Assembly (NCBI GenBank): GCA_965655095.1
Contig: OZ296652.1
Coordinates: forward strand, 63,240,001-63,304,000
DNA length: 64,000 bases
Direction of reading: 5' to 3'
Origin: Haplodiscus bocki
Taxonomy: Eukaryota
Part shown: in pieces, positions 39,393 through 50,644 of the stretch
Layout of the letters: the number at the start of each line of letters is the position of its first letter
Numbering within the stretch: the first letter of the stretch is position 1
The notes under the pieces: model-generated
What the model was told of the DNA's origin: nothing
The model's input: only the letters and a program-made list of their open reading frames with translations
Database searches by the model: none
Translations under genes and position numbers: made by a program

Positions 39393-42300
39393 TAAAAAAG
39401 CCACGACTCCAATGGGCAGATTACACATCAGTCGGACAAAATGTCATATCTGACCCACCTCCAATAGTATTTCACTCTCATCAAACACTAAACACAGGAA
39501 TTCCATCAGTTGTCTGGCAGCAACAAATGGAAAAAGCCTACATTCGAAGATATAATAACATGCATATCATTCATAAAACACTTCCAACATATGAATTTGA
39601 CTACACAGACAACTTCGACACTCACTTCAGACCCCTTCCAGAAGTCTTTGCATACGACCCATACTTCGTTGACCCTCAATATGGATTTGACCCCTCTTGG
39701 GCTGAAGAAATATATGATCAAGACAAATTGGAGTACAAAGATACTTACAATAAACCTAATGATCAGATCGAATCTGATGATTTGATTACGGATGCACATG
39801 TATCAGACGCACTACGATACGCAGTGATAGATTTATGGACAGTCAATCCACAGTTACCTGATACATCACCCTTACCAAACTTTCGACCGAGACCACAGAA
39901 CCAACAAAGGCAAATAGCAGTCATCGACGACCAAATTTTAACACAGCTCCAGGTAAAGCCAGACGGACTCACAAGGTTTCTCCTGCTCTCAACAAATTCG
40001 CCACTGAAAAATAAGCGAAAAATGCTTTACTTTCCAATGGATTTCGGGGAGTTAAAAATTGATGGCCCCATAGATACGGGTGCTTTGTCAAACGCCATTT
40101 CGGAAGCCGACTTACGCAAAATTCGATTACTGGCTCCACATACGATATTAAATGAGGGCCCACCACCTGAGTTCCAAATTATGGTTGCCAATGGACAGTT
40201 AGAAGCACCTATTGCAACAGTAGAATTGCAATTCGAAGTCGGTGACATTACGTTCAGAGAAAAGTTCATAGTTATGACAAATCTTACAAGCTCTTTGATC
40301 GGTGTCTTATTCCTACAACGCAACAGTACCATACTCGAGATGCGTCAAGGATTTCTGAACTTTCCTTTCTTTTCAATGCAATTGAAAAATGAAGACCGGA
40401 CATACCCAAATGTCATTGAACCCATAATAAACCCAGTAGACACCATTCTACAACCGAGAAAACGAACCACAATTTGGGTAAAATCACAGATTTACACAGA
40501 AAACGAAGCGACAGGAATAATTTAACCTTCGCCACTTTTGGAGACCGATGAAGATCTCCTTATTTGTCCGGCAATTTCGTCAACCCAAAATAATAAACAT
40601 ATTGTCCAAATTAGCAATTTTCTAGACCATCCTTACACTCTCATGAAAGAAACACATATGGCAAATTTCTCCACTTTGACTCCTCAACAAACAAAGCACA
40701 TTCGACCAGTCAATCCTACCTCAGTGAGACACCTCCTGAATAACAATCACGATGATGCCATCCATTACATAAATAGCCTTCTGAAAACATCGAAACCTGA
40801 CGAAGTCAATAAGACCTACTGGTTTCCAACGCCGCAAAATCCGGGCAATGAAAAGGAACATACGCCCATTCAGACACGCATTCTCAATGAATTACGAGAA
40901 CTAGAACAATTAGAAAAATTAAACCCACTGGAAAATATCGACTCCCGAAACCAATTCCTATCCAATTTCGATTGGACAGACTCTACTTTACAATCGGATG
41001 CGAAACAAGCAGTTGAAAATCTGCTCGTGGAACTTCATGACATCTTTGCACGACACCGTTTTGACATCGGAATCAATACAGAGTTCAAAGTACAACTCAC
41101 ACCATTAGACAATAGGCCTGCTTATAGCCGGAGCCTTCCAGCGCCGATAAATCTCAAAGATGATATCCTTGTGGAACTAGCTCTATTACACAAGTATGGT
41201 ATCATCACAACACTACCCTTTAGCAAATACGCTAGTCCAATATTTGCACAGAGGAAACCAGATGGGAAACTACGCCTATTAGTTGACCTTCGGAAAATAA
41301 ACACACTAATAGCAGATGATTACATAAACAACAACCATCCAGTCAGTACATTAGCGGATGCAGCACAACATATGGCTGGAAAAAATCTGTTCTGCAAACT
41401 TGATTGTCCCCAATTATACCACTGCCTCCAAATGGCCGACCAACAATCAATTGAACTCCTTGCATTCAACTTTGCAAGTAAAACATTCGCGTACCGAAGA
41501 CTGGCACAAGGACTTAGCCGTTCCCTATCGGCATTTTCGAGCTTCATACGTAAATACCTCGACCCAGTCAGCAAAGCCGATCAGTGTGCACAATATGTTG
41601 ACGATATTGGCATAGCCGCCAATACACCTGACCAATTAATCAAAAAGCTCCAGTGCCTAAGGGAAGCTGGCCTCAAACTCAGCATGACCAAATGCCATTT
41701 CGGAGTACAAGAAGTAGATTTCCTTGGACGAACAATAACAACCAAAGGGGTTGCCCCTCAAAAACAAAAGATTGCTAAATTCCTTGAAAAAGTCAGATTT
41801 CCAAGGTCCAAAGAAGCACTTCAACGATACATTGGATTCCTGAACTATTACCGAAATTACATACCTAGATTAGCAGAAGGACTCACGCCGTTCTTCCAAC
41901 TACTCAAAACAACTGATGCCAAAACCAAAAATCAGATTACCCCTGACATCATGAAAGACTTCAGGGAAATAAACGAAGCTTTAGACCGATGCTGCCAGCT
42001 AGCATTACGTCAACCATTAACTGGTAAACAATTGGTACTAATGACTGACGCAAGCTTCCAAGCAGCTGGTTACGCAGTGTTAATAGAAGACGACCCAAAC
42101 CAAAAATACACTTCAACACGCAAAACTTATGCACCTATAGCTTACGGCTCAAAAACATATTGACCATCCCAAATCAAAATGTCCATCTACGCAAAAGAAT
42201 TTTTAGCCATTTATATGGCCTTCAAAGAATTTGGACATATATGTTGGGGTGCCACTAAACCAGTGATTATCATGACAGATAGCAAATCTGTCACCAGATT

Positions 42301-44560
42301 CTTTCAAACAAAAATGATCCCTCCACCGTTATGGAATGCCTGCGACTCCGTATTACAATTCAATTTCACTATCGCAGACATTCCAGGGAAAATGAACACC
42401 GCAGCAGATTTTTTATCTCTATTGGAAATGGATCCAAATGAAAAAGTCATTCTAAAAATCAGAGAAGACATTCCAACAAAACCAATTGAAGTAAACATCG
42501 AATCTACAGGCATTGCACAAGAAGAACCGGTCTTCTTTGATCCTACAGACCCACAAGAGACCACAGAAAAAGAACTTTGGAAACGTAAGGACGGGGTACG
42601 AAACGCCATGCCCAAGGAACCACCACTCATTACAGTGTCATGTTATTACGCAAATGACCTACACAAAGACACAACAATTGTGAATATAGCACATTTGACG
42701 AAACCATCACGTATACTTATCGAACAAGATTCAGACACAACACTACTTAATTTTAAACGCGAAATGTTGGGATTACCATTCGACGAACAAATTCTATTAA
42801 ACGATGCACGCTACATGCATTATTCCAGAAACAAAAAGCGTATTATCATCAAGGATGATATTCTCTACCGACAGTACTACAACGACATTGGTGAAGTCAG
42901 TCACTTACAGGTCCTTCTGCCCGGACAATTACTTAAAGTCTTATTACAATCATTACATGGAACAGCTGGCAAACACCCAAGAATTTCAAAAATGATGCAA
43001 GAAATCCGCCAAAAGTATTACTTCCCTTCAATTGCACCTTACGTCAAAAACTGGGTTCGTGACTGTGAAATATGCATCCACGATAAACGCATAAATAACA
43101 CACGAATTACTCCAGAATTAATCCACATCCAAGAATGGGATCTCGGACCGGAAGATCTTATGCAAATTGACTTATTGCCAGAATTACCGCCAAGTGGGGG
43201 TTACGAAAACATCATTACCGCAATAGATGTATTTTCAAGATACGCATTTGCCTATCCAGTATCTTAGCCCACGGCAGTAAACACAGCCAAAGTCATCATA
43301 GACATTATGAGAAGACATGCTTATCTACCCACCCTCATTATAACAGACAAAGGAAGCGCTTTCGTCTCCCAAGTTATACATGAGCTTGCTGAAATATTGG
43401 GCATCAATTTGAAACACGCCACAACGAAACATGCACAAACTATCGGAGTCCTAGAACGAGCCCATGCCACAATCAAGACCTCTTTGAAAATGGCATCAGG
43501 CGAATACAGGAAGCAATGGCACAAATATTTACCCATTGCAATCCTGAATTACAACACGACATACCATTCCAGTATCGATTGTGAACCAAGCCGAGTATTC
43601 CACGGCAGAGTTCCACACAACATTTTAGATCACAAACTTGGATTACGATTTAATCCCAATATTGCACCCACTACAGATTTTGCGGAAGAATTACTGCGAA
43701 GAACCAAGATCCTATATGACAGAACCAAGAAAAATGTCATGCAGTCATATATCAAATACAAAAGATATTATGACAAAAAAGCAAAAGCCTCACCTTTAAA
43801 AGAAAAAGATTATTGTTTTATACTTCAGCCGAAAGCGGACCACCAAGGGTCAAAAATACCGTTCCGTGACTTCCGACGGATTGGTCCCTACATCGTAGAA
43901 AAAGAACTACCAAATAACAATTACATTGTGCGAAAACTTAACACAAACAAAACCCAAATTCTACACAGAATTCGTCTTCGAAAATACAACCCCGAAAAAC
44001 CTTCTGAAGATAATTATTCAGAAGCACAATGGCAAACCGACGACAATATTGTTGTCCCACAGGATGATTTATATACAATTGCATGGGAAGCGGAATTTGG
44101 CGGACACCTATTTGACATTCCTATCATATATACCGATCCCAACGCAATTGACTTCGATGACAGTCACACACAGGGACCTGATACAGTAATTGTCCCACGC
44201 TCCTATTATCAAGATTCAAGAGATGGTCAAAACAGGGAAACTTGCCCCATTTCTGACCCATCAGTACCGCGAACTTTAACACCTACATCGAATGGTCAAA
44301 ATCAGGACATTGAGACCAGTACTGACCTAACTCAAAATGATAACGCCAAATATGTATCTGAGTCAAGTACCGACGCTGAAATTACATGTAAACCTGTCAC
44401 ACAACCACCATCAATACAGAGTGACACTTTTCCAACACTTGACATCAACAATCCTACAGCTGAAAATACTCCCAAAAAGGAATCTAACTCTTCTAGAGGC
44501 GGGAAATACAATCTACGCCCCAATCTCAATCCTATTTACTCAGAGATATACAGATATTGA
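39386..44560 (+). pseudogene. pol: Element A pol: protease, RT, RNase H, integrase in one frame with three in-frame stops
   Basis: PR IDTGA; RT LRLLVDLR and QYVDD; RH MTDAS, AKEFLAI, MTDSK, AADFLS; IN H..GKH...CEIC, QIDL, ITDKG, VLERAH, GPY. ORF pieces 39527, 40538, 42179 and 43307 share one frame, separated by TAA 40523, TGA 42161 and TAG 43265. Confidence 0.95.
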
Positions 44561-44572
44561 CGTGTGCAAAAC

Positions 44573-44578
44573 TTTATT
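44573..44578 (-). terminator. Candidate poly(A) signal for the antisense gene
   Basis: AATAAA on the minus strand ~165 nt downstream of the antisense stop (44742) and 13 nt from the pol stop. Confidence 0.5.
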
Positions 44579-46030
44579 CTAGCCCCTTTTTGTGTGTCAT
44601 TTTTGCTCTTCATTGTTATTTTCTGCACACACATCCTTTACTTCTTTTCTTTTTACCTTTTTGGGGCATATACAAAATTACCAAGAACGACAACAAAGCC
44701 AAATTCACTCAATAGAGAAACAACAAGAAACTAATCAACAACTACAACAGCTTTAAGTAAGAGACAAGACGACTCAGTATTCGAAGTTTTGCGTTTGATC
44801 GCAACTTCCCAGCCAGCAAATCAGCCACTCCACGATGATGAGTTTTACTGATATCAAAACGTGGACGCTGTGCAGGACGACGACGTTGTTCTGGTAGTCT
44901 CTCTGAGACAAACACTGGTTCACTCAAGGATGCAGAAGACTCTACATCACTAGCAATCCTCACTGCCTTGTACGATTTCTCCAACTCAGTTCGAATTTTC
45001 TCGTACCCATGACAATCGACAAATTCCCAAGGATTGTACCACACTGAAGCGCACTATCACCAAAAGTCTCGGGCAACTCCATACACGACGAAATGGACTC
45101 CGGATCAGTGAAATAGTTTCCCTCAGCATCACTGCTCAACAGATACCCCTGTAGCGGCTCTAAAATCGCAGACAGGTCAACACTGGTCACTCCAACTTTG
45201 CTCGAGCCAAGCGAAACATCAGGCAATTTCGGGGCAACATGACCCAAACAGAGACAACTCAATTTAAATACATCCCACGTATACCCTCCACGTGACAATT
45301 CGGGGCACGATGACAGGAAAGAGACCATGTCCTCAACACATGGCCCAACACCCAACTCGTCTAGATAGACATGCCTCACATCGTCTACAAACTCTATGTA
45401 ACCGTCAATGTGCACGTTCCGCAACTCCCGTGCAACCCAACCCCGGGAACTAAAGCTCTGAAACAAGTGCTGGTAACAGTCAACAGCAACAGTCTTCGGC
45501 AATTTGAATAAGACTCCATAGTCGAAGCAAGCCAAGCCAATCACCAGGTCTGACTTGAATGTGGGGTGTTTCACTAACTCCTTAGCCACATATTTAATGT
45601 ATTGTCTGCCCTGGTCAATGAAGGGATTGAATGACTCCCCCATCACCGTCTTCGCCACAGTATCAGACCTTGCCTTCTTCCCACGCTCACGCTCCACATC
45701 GTATTTCGACTTGGCGACCTTCAACACTTTGGACCGAAGTTATGTTTTCTGCATAAATTCAGGGATGCCCACTAGCTCGCTTACAGCAAAGTCGAAAGAT
45801 CGCAACGCATCCCAATCCCATTCAGATGGCAGACAACTCCGAGACACGATTCTTCGTAGCAGACGATGCAAGAAATCGCACATTTGGCTGCACAAGAAAA
45901 ACCCTTGGTCACGACTGGGCACAAGTGACCGCTTGAAGGCCTCCCTATACTCTTGAACAATGAGTTTGAACAACTCCAGACGAGCTTCAAAATAGGGATC
46001 TCCAGTGACATGACTATCAAACGCTTGGCC

Positions 46031-46092
46031 CTACAACACAAACCAATTAAAACTTTATTACTTACATGCAATTACACGCAAACTATACCCAC
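46031..46092 (-). other. Intron 3 of antisense gene (62 nt, phase 0)
   Basis: AGG|GTGGGT...TGTGTTGTAG|GGC joins ...HVEGR to GQAFDSHVTGDPYFEARLELFKLIV, in frame with ORF 45740-45973. Confidence 0.7.
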
Positions 46093-46227
46093 CCTTCCCT
46101 CCACATGCTGAAACTCTTGACGCTGACTGGTGCTGCTGATGTACGTCACAATTTGAGGCCAATGAGCAATCATTTCCTGCACCACAAGAAACGCAGTAGA
46201 CAACTCTGATTTCCCATCTTCCAGGGC

Positions 46228-46299
46228 CTGCAAACGAACAATTATCACTCAACAAACATACTACTCAGACAATTACGGGGCACCACTACCAATACGTAC
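46228..46299 (-). other. Intron 2 of antisense gene (72 nt, phase 0)
   Basis: ATG|GTACGT...TCGTTTGCAG|GCC joins ...YFRM to ALEDGKSEL... and removes a stop. Confidence 0.75.
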
Positions 46300-46785
46300 C
46301 ATCCTGAAGTACTGTGTTGACTGCACCCAGCGTTCATCCAGAAGTCCATTCAAACGCAACAGGAGAGAACGCAGCATCGAACACATGTCAATCCTCCCCA
46401 TCACACTGAAGCTGGGTTTGTGCAACAAACGTTCAAATTGCACAGGTGTCAACGAAAATGGGTACTGAACACCCGCCTTCCGACCAGGTCTTTCATCGAG
46501 AACTTTCACAAAGTCGCCACTTGAACCGCCACAGCATATGATTGTTGCGTCACCCGAAATGGCACTCATTAATCGCGAAACAAGATCAATATAGCTTTTT
46601 GTGGGTGGAACATCTCTACCACAATGCAACATAGGCAGGCACAGGAAACGCTTGCCCTCCCAAAAACAAAGACTCAAAGTTCTGCGACGTGAATCCGCAA
46701 AAAATTCAATAGAATATGCCCCCTCACGAGCAATAACAGATGACACATGTTTCACCAGCTCCAGAAACAGATGATGCAGCAATCC

Positions 46786-46971
46786 CTGAAACATCACAAA
46801 TTACATGACACCCAACCATCAATTTCCACCCTACTCCCTCCTGTCAAATGCAAAGCTTCCCAACGACTTCTAACTCTACATGTAGTACACACCCGACAGA
46901 CTCTTGACCCATGGAAAACTACAGCACTATTACCCAGTTATAACCATAACAAAATCTGCTCAGATACGTAC
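46786..46971 (-). other. Intron 1 of antisense gene (186 nt, phase 0)
   Basis: TCT|GTACGT...TGTTTCAG|GGA joins ...SCIS to GLLHH... in frame and removes a stop. Confidence 0.8.
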
Positions 46972-49652
46972 AGAAATGCAGCTCAAACTCCAATTGAAGT
47001 CAGCGGTGCTCGCAGAATGACCCGTCAACACTCCCACCTGGGTCCAGTACTCCTCCAACGTCCACAATTGGCCTCCTCCTCGCAAAAAAATTAACAACAA
47101 CTCAATTTGAATCAGAGTCCGTGAACTTGCTGAGGTAAAAGTAAAGGGCTTCCCTTCAACAACATCATAATAAAACGGACGTTCGTGATCCAACTCAGGC
47201 ACATCCAGATGCATGAACAGCTCCTTCTCAGCTTCCAACTTGGACCCATACAGCGTACGCCCATCTGAACCACGCATCTTAGAAGGATGGTACCGGGCAC
47301 GAAATCTCTTATCTGCCGTCAAATGATGCTCCCGTTGGAAGTGGCGCTTCAGTTCATATAATCCCCGAGATCTCATGGACACGTTCCTCCTACAAAGCAT
47401 GCAGTAGAAGCAATGACGATTCTTCAACGGATTTTCTGGACCAGTAGCAAAAATTTTCGCAAACGGAGCGAGCTCCAGCATCTCCTCGGTGAAAACATAT
47501 CCACCACCATCCGACCCACTGGGTGAAATTGGGTTCGGCAGGCCTTTTCGTGACCACTTGTACAACTGACATTTTTCCCGAGCATCAGAACGAATCTGGC
47601 CAAGAGTTTTTAAGCTATCAGTATCATTAAACTCGTTCACTTCCGTTCGCAAGAAACCCAAGGCTGCATCTGCTTGTCGACTGGAACATGGTTGCTGTGA
47701 AAGATCACCCACCAAACGATCACTATCAAATGACTCCGTAATCGTTGGCAAAGAATAAAAAGATCGCGAAGCCACACTCTCCATGACAGTAGACCCTGAC
47801 CTACTGCGCGAAGCAGACTGCTCACTACCCTTCTCACCGACGTTTCTCCCAGTCTTTCCGCCAATCTTCAAAAGAACATCCTCCAACATCCCAAAAGTGG
47901 CCAAAGAAACTTCCAATCCGACGGCCTCAGCAAATTATATCATTTGATCCGAACTCATTCCGGTCACTTGCTGACGAGGATCCAATTGCACAGGAGGATT
48001 ATCAGCAAAACACTCTTTCAATAGGGTCCTTGCAGACTCACTTGGGTAATACTTCGAACGCCCAGCACCCAAACCCGGCTGCACTGTAGCTCCGGAAACA
48101 GCTGGAAGATCTGATTCTGCAACTTCAAAAACCCTCCCCCCACTCAAACTACCAACTCGTCTTCGTGCAATTGACTCCAACTCCGATGTACCATACTCCG
48201 TGTCATCCGGTCGGGAACTACTCGGGAACGACTGCCCAGCATCTGACACACCAACCATAGTATATCTATCACAAAATGATTTCCCACCCGAGTCATCAAC
48301 TTCAAATGCCACACTCTTTGAAGGCCGCTCATCTGCCACGCCAAACTCCACATCACACAATGACCGCTTGCTTCCAACACCAATCTTCTTTCCTCCCAAC
48401 TCTGCACGCAAAATCTCATCCACCTGACTCCTGGCAAAATTTGTTGTCAGCAGTTACCACACCACTCCCTGTATTAACGCGATCAACCAAATTTGAATCC
48501 AAGAATTCAAGCACTTCAGCAGGATCAACCTCCGCATTATTCTCTATTCCATCACCCCCGAGCGATTCAAGCTTATCTCGCAAAAACTTCTCCAGTCCTT
48601 CACTTCCTTCGTCACTACTCGACAATAGACACTCCTGACTGCCAGCAGCTAAACTCTCTTTATTCACATTCCCGCGTTCTTCACTTATGGTCTTTTCACC
48701 ACCTGTGACTTGCAACACTGCCAAATTTTTCGTTGGAGAAGTCTCTGTTTCCTCAATCACCACGATTTCTACTTCGCTTCTCTGGGGAAGGTCTGGGTAG
48801 TTCTCAGTTCCTTCGGTGTTGTGGTGTTTCGGCTCGTTGGATTCGTTCTCTAAACAATTGAAGCTGATAAATTTACGTGGCAACTCGCCAGCATATTCGC
48901 CCATTTCGAAACCGGATATCCGTAAAGAGGAAACACGTGTTCGTTCAAACTTAAATCTATCACGTGTTATCCTAGCAGTGAAGAGAGAAAAAGTGCTCTG
49001 GCCAAGCAATCAAATTGCCATCACTCATCAAGTAGTTCTTGATTCGACATATTCCAACATAACAAAAAGTATCAAAAAACCCAACACTCACCCATTTGTT
49101 AACAGCGACGAAACTTCTTGATTCTCTGTAGAAACCGGCTCCTCCTCCAATTGGCTCGAACACAAGTTGACAGAATTCCAAAACAAGTCCAAAACAAGCG
49201 GTACACAATCAATAAACAATTTAATCACAATTCGAAAACAAGATAATCAAATGCAATAACAATTCAAAATTAAACATTTTCAAAAGATGAGAGAGTCGTG
49301 GCTGTACAATATGGATTTTGCCACACTATGGTCATTATTGACACGATATTTACCTATCTAACATTATCTACATATTTACTATTTGGGTCAACTTCTGCCA
49401 GAGTTGCCCAACATTTGACCTTCGGAATTTCCATCTTTACATTTTCATCAAATCTTTATTCATTTTCTTTAATTCTCATTCACCCTATCACGCCTCACGC
49501 TCATTGGCTCTCACCATTACAAAAGGTGAGCTTACACTCATCAAAGTGAAGTGCCGCTTCAGCTTCACTAGCACGGTCACTTACGGTTATTGATGACCAC
49601 TTGAAATTCAAGAGTCAATACAACAATGAAATAAATCACTTAAAATCAAAAC

Positions 49653-50644
49653 ATGATTTCCTTTAACCTAACCGCATTAACCCAACCAACTCTCTCAATC
49701 CAACGAAAGTCAGAAACCCGCCATATTTTCCCCAGGAAAACCTTTCAGAATTTTACCCAACTTTCATTTACAGTTTCAATCTTCAACAAAAACAGTCGCT
49801 TCGCTTTAACACTTAGTTTCTTCAATCACGGCACTAAAGCATTTCAAGAAAAAGCCTTCGCAGATATGACCACCACATTCTGCATAGAAGAAGATGAAGA
49901 ACCCATGGCAACGGAGCCGATATACCTCTCGAGCGATGAGAGCGGATATTCAACACCCAATACAACTCCAGATCACCAGCTTGAATGCATTTATCCCGAT
50001 TCGATCACCCAGTTTATAGCCTCACAATTGGAACAACGGTCAAATATGGGCGCAGAGACCATCGTCTACCCACCAACACCAAACACGTCTACAATCTCTG
50101 ACGACGAAGACCCAATGAACCCCACTCCAATAATTGGAAACCCTGATCAATATACGCCTCAGATCCCACCCAGACGCCATCACCCAATACAACTTTGCCA
50201 ACAAGTGCAACCTATCCCAGACACGCCGCAATCTCCAACCCCGGAATATCTTGGGCAGTCAAACAATTTCTATCCCGACAATATCCCATTACACAACCCC
50301 CCAATATCGTAGCAGTAGCGGACGAATTGCGCAACCTAACATTACACCCTCATCCGCACCGTAACGGAACGGTTACAAGTTGTTTGGTATGTGGCAAATC
50401 GTACGACCAGGTGATCGAAGAGACTGTTGCCGACTACCTCGATCAGACATCACAACCGGGTGAGACAGTGCGGGAACGACAGATCAAGAGAAATGCATTC
50501 ATTGAAGGCGTTCAGAGCGGAGTCTTCATTTTATCCCCCCGGGAGTGTCGCAGGCTGCGGCCTGTGAAGGCATGATCCACTCCGTTAATTACAACGGGCA
50601 GAACTCAGTCACAGGGCTACGCTCTGCCCTTAATTGAAGACTAA
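49653..50644 (+). pseudogene. Element A ORF3: acidic/Pro-rich protein with HxH...CxxC; C-terminus encoded in the LTR
   Basis: ORFs 49653-50312 and 50195-50575 join by one extra C in a C-run at ~50300. A second 1-nt shift near 50530 leads into VSQAAACDGMIYSVNYNGQNSVIQGYALPLIED*, which is intact in the 5' LTR copy (36262-36363). Alternative start at ATG 49866. Confidence 0.65.

Larger units (their letters stand above)
37580..39395 (+). pseudogene. gag: Element A gag (~600 aa reconstructed; one premature TAA at 38987, one frameshift at ~39248)
   Basis: 469-aa ORF with a capsid-like region (FDGKNEKFELFEDLF...), in-frame continuation past the TAA to the CCHC knuckle CHYCKKPSHVIREC, a second degenerate knuckle CPHC...EQC, and a stop at 39393-39395. 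Confidence 0.9.
44742..48904 (-). pseudogene. Antisense 4-exon accessory gene: acidic N-terminus, BED-like C2H2 finger, hAT-transposase-like body (~1,280 aa reconstructed)
   Basis: Exons 48904-46972, 46785-46300, 46227-46093 and 46030-44742 join in frame. Finger is FYCMLCRRNVSMRSRGLYELKRHFQREHH. Defects: TAA 47935, TAA 45740, and 1-nt frameshifts at ~48440 and ~45040. Confidence 0.8.

Noticed and set aside
38987-43267. Programmed readthrough or an alternative genetic code explaining in-frame stops in gag-pol
   Set aside because: The stops are TAA, TAA, TGA and TAG in unrelated contexts, at least two inside RNase H and integrase. Ordinary nonsense mutations after insertion are the simpler explanation.
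44742-48904. Antisense region as an env gene or an independent nested hAT insertion
   Set aside because: No signal peptide or transmembrane anchor, wrong strand for env, no TIR/TSD seen, and a homolog sits at the same place in element B.
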